Below are positions 1-11,565 of a stretch of 34,709 bases of DNA, in pieces. The stretch covers positions 1 to 34,709 of the forward strand of contig JNEM01006774.1 in NCBI GenBank assembly GCA_000697335.1, written 5' to 3'. The DNA is from Conidiobolus incongruus B7586 (Eukaryota). The notes beneath the pieces are model-generated. The model worked only from the letters and a program-made list of their open reading frames with translations, was not told the DNA's origin and did no database searches. How positions within the stretch are numbered: position 1 is the first letter of the stretch; the number at the start of each line of letters is the position of its first letter. The position numbers were made by a program, and so were the translations under genes.

Positions 1-104
1 ATATATAGGAAAATAAATATTTTCAAACTATATATATATATTTAATTTTTATTATTTTTTTTATTAAAATATTTTGATTTTAAAATTTATACTTAAATTT
101 AATT

Positions 105-1135
105 ATAATTAAACTAGATTGTAATTATCAAAAAGCTTTGATTTTTGTATCTTTAAAGCTTAATTATAAACCCTTTAAAATCATTTAAAACTTGTAAATA
201 GCTTATAAAGATGGTGTTTTATTTAAAACTACTATATATTGCTGGATTTGTGATTTTAAAGCTAAAAGGGACACTATTTAAAATTTACTAAAATCTAAAA
301 GATTAATTTTTATTATTACTTTTTCACTTATTAATAAAGTAAAAAAATATATTAAGAAATACACTTTTATTTTTATTAGAGAATTATCAAAGTAATTTAA
401 TATTAATTATATAAACATGTTATATTTACTTAAATTTAAACCTAAATTAATTAATAAAAATATAAAATAAAAACTTTATAATTTAACAAAAGCTTAAAAA
501 AAACTAAAGTAGTTATAGTTAAATTAAACTTATTAAGGTATAACTAAAAACAAAGGTTTTTATAGTAAATATTTACAATTAATGAATTTTAAATTCTTTT
601 ATATAATCCTTTACTTAAAAATAAAATAAGATATTGGGTTAAGTTAAAATAATCCCCTCTATAAATTCTAATAAATAAATATTTTAAATATAAACAAATG
701 TTAATTGTTGTAATAGATTATAATAGTATATAGTTTTTTTATTTAATATCTCAAGGAAAATTAATTAATAGTAAGTTATATATTATTTTTTTAAATAAAA
801 CAATTTTTAAATGGTGTTCTCAATATAAATTAAAAACCCCTATTATTTTACATAATAATTGTAAAATACATAAAGCTAAAGCTATAAAAGATTTTTTATA
901 TAAAAAAAATTAGGAGTTACCACATCTAGTATATTTATCTAATTATAATCTATATGATTATAATTGTTTTAAACAATTAAAAAAACAGCTTGCAGGAAAA
1001 AAAATTCCTGTAAACAAATTAAATTAGTTTGTAAAACATCAAATTTCAGTCTTTAATAAAAAAAACTGTTTTTTAGGTATTAGAAGCTTACTAAAGGTAT
1101 AGAAAAGAGTTATTAATAATAAAAGAGGCTATTAA
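105..1135 (+). pseudogene. Mariner transposase pseudogene (~343 codons)
   Basis: ATA at 105 (likely ex-ATG). HTH region AYKDGVLFKTTIYCWICDFKAKRDTI*NLLKSKRL matches mariner AYGD..LS..TVYRW..F..GR....D.PRSGRP. K*KLYNLT at 465-488 matches WVPHELT. RFL**IFTINEF*ILLYNP matches FL.RIVTGDEKWI.YDN. KQMLIVVIDYNSI*FFYLISQGKLINSKLY. PIILHNN matches HDN. *ELPHLVYLSNYNLYDY matches WEVLPHPPYSPDLAPSDY. C-terminus GIRSLLKV*KRVINNKRGY*. Frameshift near 500-510. Confidence 0.9.
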
Positions 1136-1200
1136 TTTTATATTATTCATTAATTTTTATATATTATTTATTAATTTATTTGTTTAATTTTAATTTTAAA

Positions 1201-1229
1201 ATTGTGCCATTACTTAATTTCTACACTAA
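1201..1229 (-). repeat. Candidate right terminal inverted repeat of mariner copy A
   Basis: Read inward it is (TA)TTAGTGTAGAAATTAAGTAATGGCACAAT, in the TTAG...AAGTAAT.GC style of mariner TIRs, ~65 nt after the transposase stop. A degenerate equivalent is at ~34084-34112. The partner TIR is not in the window. Confidence 0.5.
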
Positions 1230-2224
1230 TAATCAAATTACAGATAATAATTTGTGTTATTAGTTATAGCAAATATTTGGAAAATTTGATTTGAAACTAA
1301 TAAATAGCTAGATTTAAATTTTAATTAATATAATTAATATTTTATTGGAATTATATAAATTTTTTTTACTCAATTTATTAAATGATTTTGAATTTGATTA
1401 ATTTTCAGCAAACTCAATAAATATATAAATATTTAATTACATTTATGAAATCTTTAATCTAATTTTTCTCAATCACTTGATTATATGTTTATAAAATTGA
1501 GGTTTGATTAATTTTATAGTGTATTGTTCATAAAATTGAAACAAATTCAAGGCTAAAATTCTTTGTATTGTCATCTGAAATTTACAATTGATATTGCTTA
1601 AAAATTTAAGCAGTTTATTATAAAATCAAATTTGAGCATCATAATATATATAATACTAAATAAGAAAATATCTGCACTGTAATTATCACTTTATAATATA
1701 TTTTGAAAAAGTCAATGAAAGAGTATCAATTTGATTAAATTCAACCATATATTTGAAATTTGTCAAAACTGGTAGAAATATAATGTGGGTGATGAAAAAT
1801 GATAATAATAATAAAATTTAATAATATATAAGCATGAATTAAAATAATAGGGAGTTAAAAAGAATCACATTTAGTTTTTAACATAGTTAACTAATTAAAT
1901 ATATAATTGAATAAACCTTGAAGGTGTGAAATAACTTACCAAGACACAGAGAAATATCGCAAAATGATAGCATATATTTATTTCATATAATTAAAGATAT
2001 TAATTCAATAATTGTTTAATTGAATAATCCGAATTGCAACTAAGAAATATGTTTGAAATTATTTTGTATAAAATTCAAACATTATTATGAACAATAACCA
2101 ATATTAGGTATTTTTTGAGATTTCACCTAATTTTAAATTTTAATAAAGAAGTTAATGAATCATGATTATAAATTACTTATAAGGATAATATATGGGAAGA
2201 AATGATTTAAACAGGGTAAAAAAT

Positions 2225-3250
2225 TTAAATGGTGACTCTCGACAATAACTTGGCAATGAATAAATAACTGAAAATTACACCAAATACGATCCATTTAATT
2301 CTACCAGTATACCAACTTGCATTGTTCGATGTAGTTGATGAAGTCTGTGATTTTGATTTGTTTTCATTGGCTGTGTTATTTTTCAATTGAATAGATTGTA
2401 CAAGCATTAATTCTGCCTTTTCCTTTGCTTCGATGGTATTAAATTCAGGGAAAACAGCTAATATTAAGAAATCAGTTAACTAAGCTATAATATAGATAAT
2501 ATATATATACTTACAAATAAATTGTCTATTATTTAAATTAAATAAATGAGATTTGGCAGCTAAAATCTTCTTTTCTTTAGTAGTCGTTTCAATACTACCG
2601 GAAGTAGATTGGTTTTCAAGCTATATTAAATTAGAATGGTAAATTTATGTTCGGTATATATATATAATAAATGACTCACCATAAAAGACAATAAACCGTT
2701 TAAAATAGTTGCAACTGACCAAGAAGGATTCCATAAATCAGCTAATAAATAATATCAGGATAAGTGTTATTAAAATTTAGTATAATAGTAATTACGATGA
2801 AAATCACTATAACTTAGACATAATCTTCTGTCGGTAGCAAATCGACCTATCAAAAAAAGCATTAAATATAAATGAAGTTGATAAAATAGCTTGAAAATAA
2901 ATTACCATTTGGAGTAATCATAATAATTGATGGTGGTTTATAAGGGTATTCACTTGGAAAAATGACTTTACCATGATATTGACCACCTAAACATTATTTG
3001 TTATTAAAAATAAAACTTAAAAATTTATAAAAAATATTACCTTCGTAAGGAGAGTCAGGTGGTCCAGTTAAAATATAGTGCCTAAAATAAAGTAATGAAA
3101 ATTAAATAAAAAGCATAATTAAACAATTAATAAAAATTACCATTCCAAAATATTAGATTCTAAAGGTTTAGCAGTAATATAAGGGATGGGACTTTCAATT
3201 AAATTTTTATATTCTTTTGTAAGTCTTTTAGTAGCTCCTTTACTTGCCAT
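2225..3250 (-). CDS. UBC6: Tail-anchored ER ubiquitin-conjugating enzyme E2 (Ubc6/UBE2J2), 7 exons, ~227 aa
   Basis: Exons 3250-3141, 3081-3041, 2986-2906, 2846-2796, 2741-2680, 2620-2515, 2457-2225, all introns [18 protein letters not shown]...[44 protein letters not shown]...[20 protein letters not shown] contains the catalytic Cys. C-terminal [19 protein letters not shown]. Confidence 0.96.
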
Positions 3251-4039
3251 CTTGAATTTTGTACTAAATTTACTGTCAAAAAAAAATAAATTAATATTTA
3301 TTTATTAAAATTGAATTTGGATTTGAAATTACAATTATCAATTAGAATTTAATTATGAATATTTGAGAGTAGAGAGGATTAAGTGAACAAAAATATTTTT
3401 TCGATATTAAAAAAGTATTAATATGTATAGTTTGTTAAAATTCGGATTAATTGTTGAGGGAGGGTTAGTTTGAAGGCAAAATGCTGTGAAAATTACTTGC
3501 ATTCATATGTACTTGAATAATGTTGAGGCTTAATTTGACAATTTTTATTTATGGGATTTGTTGAATGAAAAATCTAGAATAGTTTGATATTATTTTTTGA
3601 ATCCACTTAACACTAAATATTATACAAATTAAAAATTGTATGATTATGAAACCTAAAAAAATACTTTAAATAATTATTCTAAAATGTATTTTAATAACAA
3701 TATATTTATCAGGGTGGTATAACTGTTGGATAAAAGGAAATTTGTTGAATGAATTTAAAAAATAGAGAATTTGATTGAAATAAAAATATCATTGTTATAG
3801 TATTTTGTATTAAAAGGTATTAAATCTTGAAAGCTTGATGCACATTATATAAATTAAAAGTCGAGTATAATCTATATATTTTAATAAACATAGTAACAAG
3901 CAATAGATGGTGTAAGTAAAATAAAGATGGGTTGATTCTAATGATATTAACAAGAAATACAAAAATTTTTAGTAAATATATTTGAGATATGTATTATATG
4001 TTATAATATAAAGTTTAAAATGATGAATATTATGTTACT

Positions 4040-4780
4040 TTAATTAATAAAAGAGAACAACTTCGATAATTGCTGAACTTTGATAGTTTCATCGACAGAA
4101 GTAGGCTTAACCTCGTTGAATTGATTAGTTTGAATTTTAATCAAATCATCTTGAATGCTCCAACCTAAAGATTCAATTAATTGATTGAACTCAGCATCGT
4201 TACCCTTTAAATTGAGGAATTTTAAGCATTGATCTTTTGAAATAGATTGGAAAGTAACTGAGATAATTTGAGAAATAACCAATCTCATAGATTGTTGAAA
4301 ATTGACGATTTCTGATAATAATTCTTCAACTTCTTTTGTTTCAGTCAATTTCCAGAATTCTTCAAATTGAGCACTTTGGAATAATTTATGTAATTCAAAT
4401 AATTTTTGTACTCCACTATCTTGAGCCTAAAACCATATTAGTTCATTATGAATATAATTATATAATGTAATATTCCTTACAGATTGTTGAGTTAATAAGC
4501 ATGAATAGGTATTGAAATCGGGTCCAGGTAAAACGGTAAGAGCTTTGGCTAAAATACTGACAATAATAGAAGGGTTAACCAAATGAGGGTTGAATTGATA
4601 GAGTTCCAAAATAGCCAAATTAGCTAGATGATCATATTCATTCTTACGGCATTGAACTCCAAAATAATGTTCTAATCTAGGTAAGTTATCGGGATTAAAT
4701 AATTCAATTCCAGTGAGGATAGCTTCAACTTCTTCAGGTCTGGAGGTAGGAATATTACTTTGAGTCAAAGAAGCAGTCAT
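4040..4780 (-). CDS. EIF3K: Translation initiation factor eIF3 subunit K, 2 exons, ~228 aa
   Basis: Exons 4780-4481 and 4426-4040 joined across a 54-nt GT-AG intron. Motifs FNPDNLPRLEHY, YDHLANLAILELYQFNP, ILAKALTVLPGPDF, QFEEFW. Confidence 0.92.
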
Positions 4781-7591
4781 TTTTTATTTCTTTTATATAA
4801 ATTGGTATTTTTTTAATGTAAATTTATATAATTTTATATCATCACACTTTATCTTTAATTTAAATTTTAATTTTGACTTTTATTCCATTATTGAATTGTG
4901 GGATATATCACATTCAATCAATATTACTCTCAGTAATATATTTACTAAATTCGGACATTATATATGACAGAAATACAGATATACATTAATTAAATAATAG
5001 TTCAAATTGTAAGATTTAAAAAATTGAAACATTACTCATCTTTAAAATGAACTTTGAATATCATATAAATCAATGTTGATTTTTTCACCAAATTTTATTT
5101 AATAATATCAAATGAAAATAACTTTTGGAACTATATTAAGATTGGATCCAAATATAGTATATATTGATTAAATATCCAATTGTGATATTATGTTCATAAA
5201 TAGTTAGATTTAGATAACCTTAGTGTTGCTTTTGGAAAAATACCTTGAATAATATATTCCAAATCTTAATAACTTTCTTGCTTTATGTTTGATAATAATT
5301 ATATTTTATATCATATTCTTAACTACTTCAAAATGATATATATATACTGATTTGAATTGGTTATATATATGGTATACTCGTAAATTATATAATCATTATA
5401 ATTGTTTAAAGTATATATTATAATTAACCAAGTATAATATGATCAATGACAAATTTTTTTGATTAATTTCGAATTTATTGTCAATCATTTGTATTGGGAA
5501 ATACAGATATGATTATTGAAGATAATTGATATTTATATTATTATTTATCATCATGGGTTTAAAGTAAACATTTTTAATATAATTCTTCAACTATAATTTT
5601 GAAAAAAAATCACATATTCAAATTAATTATTATCTTTATCGTGATGAAAATTAAGATAATTAGTAGAATTTGTTAAGAGAAAATCAATTTTATATGCCTA
5701 CTGGTTGCCACTGTTTTTCAAGTTTTAGAAAATAAGATTTCAACTGAAAATTTCTTTGATTCTATTTTTTCAAGAGTTATAATTTAGGATTTGAGTTTTG
5801 ATTAATAGTGATAATTTAATACATTAAAATGTATATTTATAAATCTTTAAATATTATTTAAAATGACAAATATATAAACTAACTGATTGTTTCCGTATAA
5901 AATAATATTATATTCTAATTAACTCTCATCAATCTAGGTAACATTTTAATTTAAAAATTAAAAAATGTCAAGCAATATAATTAATAAAAATTCCAAATAT
6001 ATTATTGATCTATAAAAATGTAATTTATCGCAAAATATTGAAATTTAATATGTTAGAGATGGGTAAAATTAAGGCCCAGAGTATAATCATGCGATTTTAT
6101 TAATAAAGATTAAAAAGAGAAAACCTGATATTATTCATAAGGTCCAATTCTTCTAGACTTGAATCACAAGGTTTTTTGGATTGTAGATCATTTGTGCTAT
6201 TTTCTTTGGTAGTTTGATTATTTTACTGGCATCAATATTTTGATCAATCCAAATATGACATATTAGATCAAAGAACAAGTGCTAGATATAACCATATTGT
6301 TATATTTGATTGCTTCATTAAAATCAAATTAAATATTTAATATTTATTTCAAAGATCAATCTTTATAAAATTATATTGATTACAATTAAAATATAATGAT
6401 GTTTAAGTTATATTGTGTTCACTACACTTTATATACAGTTGTTGATAATAATTGTATACTATAAAAATAGTATGTTATTGAAGTTTTTTTAATAAGCAGT
6501 GCTTGACAATAATATTTTGTATTAAGTATATAAGCTTGGATTTTAATATTCTAAAATCAGATACATAGTATTTGGAAAGCATTAAAAGTGATAATATATA
6601 AAATCAATACATTACTTTGAATATAATCATTCTAATTTTAAATTACAATAAAACGTAGAAGTAAGGAATTATATTATTTATTAAATCTTACCAAACCAAT
6701 CAAAGAATGATGAAATATTAATTATACCTAATTAAGAAGAGTGAGAAAATATATATATATAGCCATCGGTAAAACTATTGTTTTCATTTAAAAAATACTT
6801 GGGTGGTTTTTGAATGTTGGAAGCAATACTTTGTTCAAAAAGATCAATCAAATTGATTAATATTTCCACTTCAAATTTTTTAGTTGCAATTAATTTTTAA
6901 TTAGGATCATATTTATCACCATTTTTTATTTTATCCAATTATTTTTTAAATTGAGCCTATGATGTAATTTAAAGTATATATTTTAATATCACAGATTTTG
7001 TATCTATTAGATTTATTCAGATTAAAAAAGGTTTTGATCTGTAAACTATATCTAAATTATAGTAATCATTTTTATTATGTAAGCATCTGAAATAATTAAA
7101 TATTCTAATTAAATCATTGATTTTTAAGAATTATTAAGGTAATAAATTTCACTTAATAATCACCTGAGTGAATAGATCTAATAATTAACTGTAGTCTGAT
7201 ATATGGATAATATAGAATATATTAAATAGGGATTTAAATAAATATCATTTATTATCTAACAAACAATGAAGAACTAGGAGTAAATATAAAATCATTCTGC
7301 CTTGAATCATCCTTCCCATAGAGTATTGAAAATCTTGCACGTTGTTAGAAAATTTATGCATACATTATATCATCACCTAATTGAATTAACATTTTGAAGT
7401 ACAAAATTTGAGATGCATCATAAATTTCGAAGGATATCTCTTACATTTCTTATTTCATTTGGGAAAATGAGATGATTTATTCTCTTCCCAACAGACGTAT
7501 TTTGTCAAAAGGTTTCCCTATAGACTGATCTACTAGAAACGAATGGTTATTATTAATTTACACAAAATGGGTATAATCAGAAGTCATTTGA

Positions 7592-7844
7592 CCAATCCAC
7601 TAAAATAGTATATGGAAATAGGATTCTAGCCCCAAATTTCACTCATTGGTCAGTGGTTATTGGAAGGATCATCCGACCAATTAAATTAAGGGGAAGTCGC
7701 CTTGAAGAAAACTTGATTGGCTTATCCATATCTATAGATTAGCCTCTAAGAGCAATTCAAAATTCGAATCTACCAAATGTAGAAATATTTTTAGTATGGA
7801 ACGCACTTAATAGATGTTTAAAACTCCGTATATAAGGGACCAAT
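7592..7844 (+). promoter_or_regulatory. CAR2 promoter: six CCAAT boxes plus TATA box
   Basis: CCAAT/ATTGG at 7592, 7645, 7659, 7677, 7716, 7840. TATATAAG at 7829-7836, ~105 nt before the ATG. Confidence 0.55.
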
Positions 7845-7939
7845 ATCAGCCGTTTTTCTTCAAGATCTTTAATCAAGGTTTAGAATAATTAACTTTAATA
7901 GGACTGTAAATTTAATTAAAATATATAACATATAGCAAA

Positions 7940-9337
7940 ATGACTCTTCTAAGATCAAGAAATATTTTTTCCATTGGTAAGAATGCTGCCAAGTCCTTTG
8001 ATAGAAGCATTACTCGCTCTTTATCAGCTGCTGCTTTAAATGAAAAACAAAGCTCTGAATCCGCTTCCATTTCTAGTGAAGAAGTCATCGATCTCGAACA
8101 CAAATATGGTGCCCACAACTACCACCCCCTTCCCGTCGTTTTCTCACGTGCTCAAGGTGTTAATGTTTGGGACCCTGAAGGTAAAAGGTACATTGATTTC
8201 TTATCCGCCTACTCTGCTGTCAATCAAGGTCATTGTCACCCTAAGATCGTTGAATCTCTTGTCAAACAAGCTAGCACTTTGACTCTCAGCTCAAGAGCTT
8301 TCTATAACGATATGTTTGGTCAATATGCCAAATATGTCACTGAACTCTTCGGTTATGACATGGTTTTGCCCATGAATACCGGTGCTGAAGCTGTTGAAAC
8401 TGCTATGAAATTAGCTAGAAAATGGGGTTACCAAACCAAAAAAATCCCTCAAGACCAGGCCATCATTCTTGGTTGTGTAGATAACTTCCACGGTAGAACT
8501 ACCGGTATCATCTCCATGTCTACTGACCCTACTGCTACCACTGGTTTTGGTCCTCTCTTGAAGAACGTTGGTCCCAACGTCACTGGTTTGCCTGGCCCTA
8601 TCCGTTTCAATAATATCCAAGATCTTGAAAATGCTTTCAAATCTCATGGTGATAGAATTGCCGCCTTCCTCTTAGAACCTATCCAAGGTGAAGCCGGTAT
8701 CATTGTTCCCGATCAAGGTTATCTCAAGAAGGTTAGAGAATTATGTACACAATACAATGTCTTGATGATTGCCGATGAAATTCAAACTGGTTTGGCTAGA
8801 ACTGGTAAGATGTTAGCTGTTGATCACGAAAACATCCGTCCCGATCTTGTCCTTCTTGGTAAAGCTCTTAGTGGTGGTGTCTACCCCGTCAGTGCTGTCT
8901 TAGCTGATGAAAGTGTCATGCTTAGCATCCAACCTGGTGAACATGGTTCTACCTATGGTGGTAACCCCTTAGCTAGCGCTGTTGCTATTACTGCTCTTGA
9001 AGTAATTCAAGAAGAAAACTTAGTTGAAAACTCCAGAATCATGGGAGAGTTATTCAGATCCGAATTAAGCAAGATCAACAACCCTGCTATTTCCACTGTC
9101 AGAGGTAGAGGTTTATTGAACGCTGTCGTTGTCGATGAGTCTAAGACCAACGGTCGTACCGCTTGGGATCTCTGTATGTTAATGAAGCAAAACGGTGTCC
9201 TTGCTAAGCCTACTCACCAAAACATTATTCGTTTTGCCCCTCCTCTTTGCATTACCCGTGATGAAATGTTGGAAGGTATCGACATCATCAAGAAGTCTAT
9301 TGAACACTTGCCCAATGCTCCTAAAGCCGCTCACTAA
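7940..9337 (+). CDS. CAR2: Ornithine aminotransferase (class III PLP-dependent), intronless, with probable N-terminal mitochondrial presequence
   Basis: [64 protein letters not shown] (PLP Lys), [10 protein letters not shown]. Arg/Ser-rich, acid-poor N-terminus. Confidence 0.98.
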   Translation: MTLLRSRNIFSIGKNAAKSFDRSITRSLSAAALNEKQSSESASISSEEVIDLEHKYGAHNYHPLPVVFSRAQGVNVWDPEGKRYIDFLSAYSAVNQGHCHPKIVESLVKQASTLTLSSRAFYNDMFGQYAKYVTELFGYDMVLPMNTGAEAVETAMKLARKWGYQTKKIPQDQAIILGCVDNFHGRTTGIISMSTDPTATTGFGPLLKNVGPNVTGLPGPIRFNNIQDLENAFKSHGDRIAAFLLEPIQGEAGIIVPDQGYLKKVRELCTQYNVLMIADEIQTGLARTGKMLAVDHENIRPDLVLLGKALSGGVYPVSAVLADESVMLSIQPGEHGSTYGGNPLASAVAITALEVIQEENLVENSRIMGELFRSELSKINNPAISTVRGRGLLNAVVVDESKTNGRTAWDLCMLMKQNGVLAKPTHQNIIRFAPPLCITRDEMLEGIDIIKKSIEHLPNAPKAAH

Positions 9338-10384
9338 TTTATTTGTATTATTTTACCCATTCATTTATAATTGCTGTGGCATATTAAATTACCAATTTGA
9401 ATTGTACTAAAATTAATAGCCACCTTTTATAAACAAAAATTAGTAAATAAATTATCTCTCAAAAATAATCGAAATGTCAAACTCAAATTCATTTTGATGG
9501 ATTAGATTAGATGAATTCTCATAATTTAAGAACATTACAAAAATAATGTTGTCAAACTAGATTGGTGAGATTTTTGATTTTATATTTACCAATTACAGTG
9601 ACACGATAGAGGTCGCCCCGAAACACTATTCCATTTAACTGGTAAGGTGCCTAGAGGTAAGTTAAAATAAAATTATATTAATACTAATCGTTACTATTAT
9701 GAATAATTGGTATTATATTCAATTTATTGTGACTTAAAAATATTATTACTTGTAGATTTTTATTAAAATTCAGAATATATAACTTTAATGGTAAATTTTA
9801 AAGTATGTTCTCAATAGCATTAAAATATTCAGCATTTATATTTATTAAGTGTATATATTTATCTTATAATTGATGATATTAAATATTAAATTACTCATAT
9901 CCATTAACTTAATAATAGCTATTTTAAATTTCATACTCAATGTCAATGAATATTAGATTTTTAAATACAATTCATTACAAGTAATAAATGTAATAGGATA
10001 TTTAAAATTGATTAAGCATAACATATCGTTTAGAATTCTTAGTGATAATATTGAATTAAAAGATAATGCCAATACTGGATATCATCAATTATAAATCCTT
10101 AAAATGTTAATAAGCATAGTTCTATCAATTAAGATATTAAAAACCTCTTCAGTTAAATGAAGTCACTACTGTAATTACAAAAAATTCATTAGAATTAAGA
10201 TACCAAATGAGCAATTGAAAAGTAATCAAATTAAGAGATATAGAGTAAAAAATTAATGAATAAAATCACTAAATATTGTTAGTTCAAAGATATTAATATC
10301 AGTATTGTGAGAAATTTTGATTCTTTTGAAATTGGACTTGATTAGCATATTATTTACGAGAATAAACGTTTGATAAAAGTTGAT

Positions 10385-10685
10385 TGTCACAGTTCTCAGT
10401 GGCATTACCACTGAAATCATGATCTACGGGGAGTTATCACCAATCCATAACCCGCACAACTAGAACTGTGCTGTATACTGGTGGATGAACCACTAATAAA
10501 CAGAAATATATTAAGGTAAATAAGTAAAGTTTATTGTAGATATTGCACACAATAACAAGCCAAGGCTTAGTTATTGTATCAAAGATGGTATTTATACGGT
10601 AATACCAGTATTGAGATTGAGTCATATACACATGATATGATTATATTGGCTGGATGGTAGGAGAAACAGAATCAGATCTGTCACA
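10385..10685 (-). mobile_element. Solo LTR (301 bp) upstream of tRNA-Leu
   Basis: TG...CA ends with a 12-bp imperfect inverted repeat (TGTCACAGTTCT / AGATCTGTCACA, 10/12). Flanked by TTGAT (10380-10384) and TCGAT (10686-10690), a 5-bp TSD with one transition. Minus-strand CCAAT (10649-10645), TATAAATA (10596-10589) and AATAAA (10535-10530) are in LTR order. GC-richer than the flanks. Confidence 0.8.
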
Positions 10686-10695
10686 TCGATTAATA

Positions 10696-10779
10696 GCTGA
10701 TATGGCCGAGTGGTCCAAGGCGGGTGACTTAAGATCCCCTCCCGGTAACGGGGCGTGAGTTCGAACCTCACTGTCAGCA
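10696..10779 (+). tRNA. tRNA-Leu, anticodon TAA (class II, long variable arm), intronless
   Basis: Acceptor GCTGATA/TGTCAGC + discriminator A; A box TGGCCGAGTGG; anticodon loop CTTAAGA; variable arm CCCG-GTAA-CGGG; T arm GTGAG-TTCGAAC-CTCAC. One T:C mismatch in the anticodon stem. Confidence 0.96.
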
Positions 10780-10782
10780 TCA

Positions 10783-10787
10783 TTTTT
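10783..10787 (+). terminator. Pol III terminator (T5) of tRNA-Leu
   Basis: TTTTT 3 nt after the discriminator base, with a second T5 at 10793-10797. Confidence 0.75.
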
Positions 10788-11503
10788 ACTACTTTTTAAT
10801 TAAAACTCGGACTCTATCACATTATTTTTTTATACATATACAACTTCTTAATATAATTTAATACTCTATTATATTTTTTAAATTTACTTACCTTTTTATC
10901 TAACACTTATATTTCAATATTCAAATCTATTTCATTTATAGTATTACATGTTCTCAAAAATCAGTTTTATATAAATAAACTATCAATAGCTAATATATAT
11001 ACATATTATAGTTGATGAATTAATTTTTATATATAATACAAAAAATAAATAATAAAAATATCGCTAAATTATTATCAATGTGAACTATTTTGAATTAGAT
11101 AATTACGCTTAGTTGATTATCATATTTAATATATTTATCAGTTTTTGTATTGAATATTATATGAAATGATTTAATTTTTTCAAAAAAAACAATATTTTAA
11201 TTTGCTTGTTTAATATTTACTCAGATATTCTAGAGTTATTGAAATATATTTCAACCAAATCTATCATTATATAAATTAATTTATGAAGATAGTTTCCTTT
11301 TAAAATATTTGAAATGGATTTATCATAATTTAGCATAAATATGTGAACATAATATATTATATTAAATTATTCAAAATTCAGTTCAATTAAATTATTTGTT
11401 ATTATTACATCAAATTAGATGATAATCAAAAAATATATTTTATAATTAGTAATAATAAACCTATTAATTCAAATAAAGAAATCTATAGCTATTTACAATT
11501 ACC

Positions 11504-11530
11504 AATAATAATAATAATAATAATAATAAT
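11504..11530. repeat. (AAT)9 microsatellite just downstream of the PWP2 stop
   Basis: Perfect trinucleotide tandem. A shorter AAT run lies in the last PWP2 intron (~11754-11773). Confidence 0.8.
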
Positions 11531-11565
11531 ATCTATGAAAATTTTATTTATAAATAATAAATGAA

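Larger units (their letters stand above)
1..1231 (+). mobile_element. Degenerate Tc1/mariner (mariner-type DDD) DNA transposon, copy A; left end lies outside the window
   Basis: Hand translation of 105-1135 gives a full-length mariner-like transposase with stops and one frameshift. A candidate right TIR at ~1201-1229 is followed by TA (1230-1231). Homologous to the reverse complement of 34084-34709. Confidence 0.9.

Noticed and set aside
5200..6300. Short coding-looking stretches between EIF3K and CAR2 (e.g. ~6120-6290 minus)
   Set aside because: Interrupted by stops, with no consistent splice model or family resemblance; TBLASTX would be needed to call a pseudogene.
7912..9410. Short overlapping or antisense ORFs around CAR2 (likewise within PWP2, the TF, forkhead, TRAPPC12 and CYR1)
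   Set aside because: Shadow frames of real coding sequence with no independent support.
9540..9665. ACTTACCT on the minus strand as a possible U1 snRNA 5' end
   Set aside because: No U1-70K loop (GATCAYGAAG) or U1A loop; better explained as the complement of a splice donor.
10586..10612. GGTAATACCAG resembling a TPP riboswitch segment
   Set aside because: The other conserved elements (CTGAGA on the same strand, TGAT, GCG) are missing, and no thiamine gene is adjacent.
10437..10631. 64-aa minus-strand ORF
   Set aside because: Inside the solo LTR, with no protein motif.
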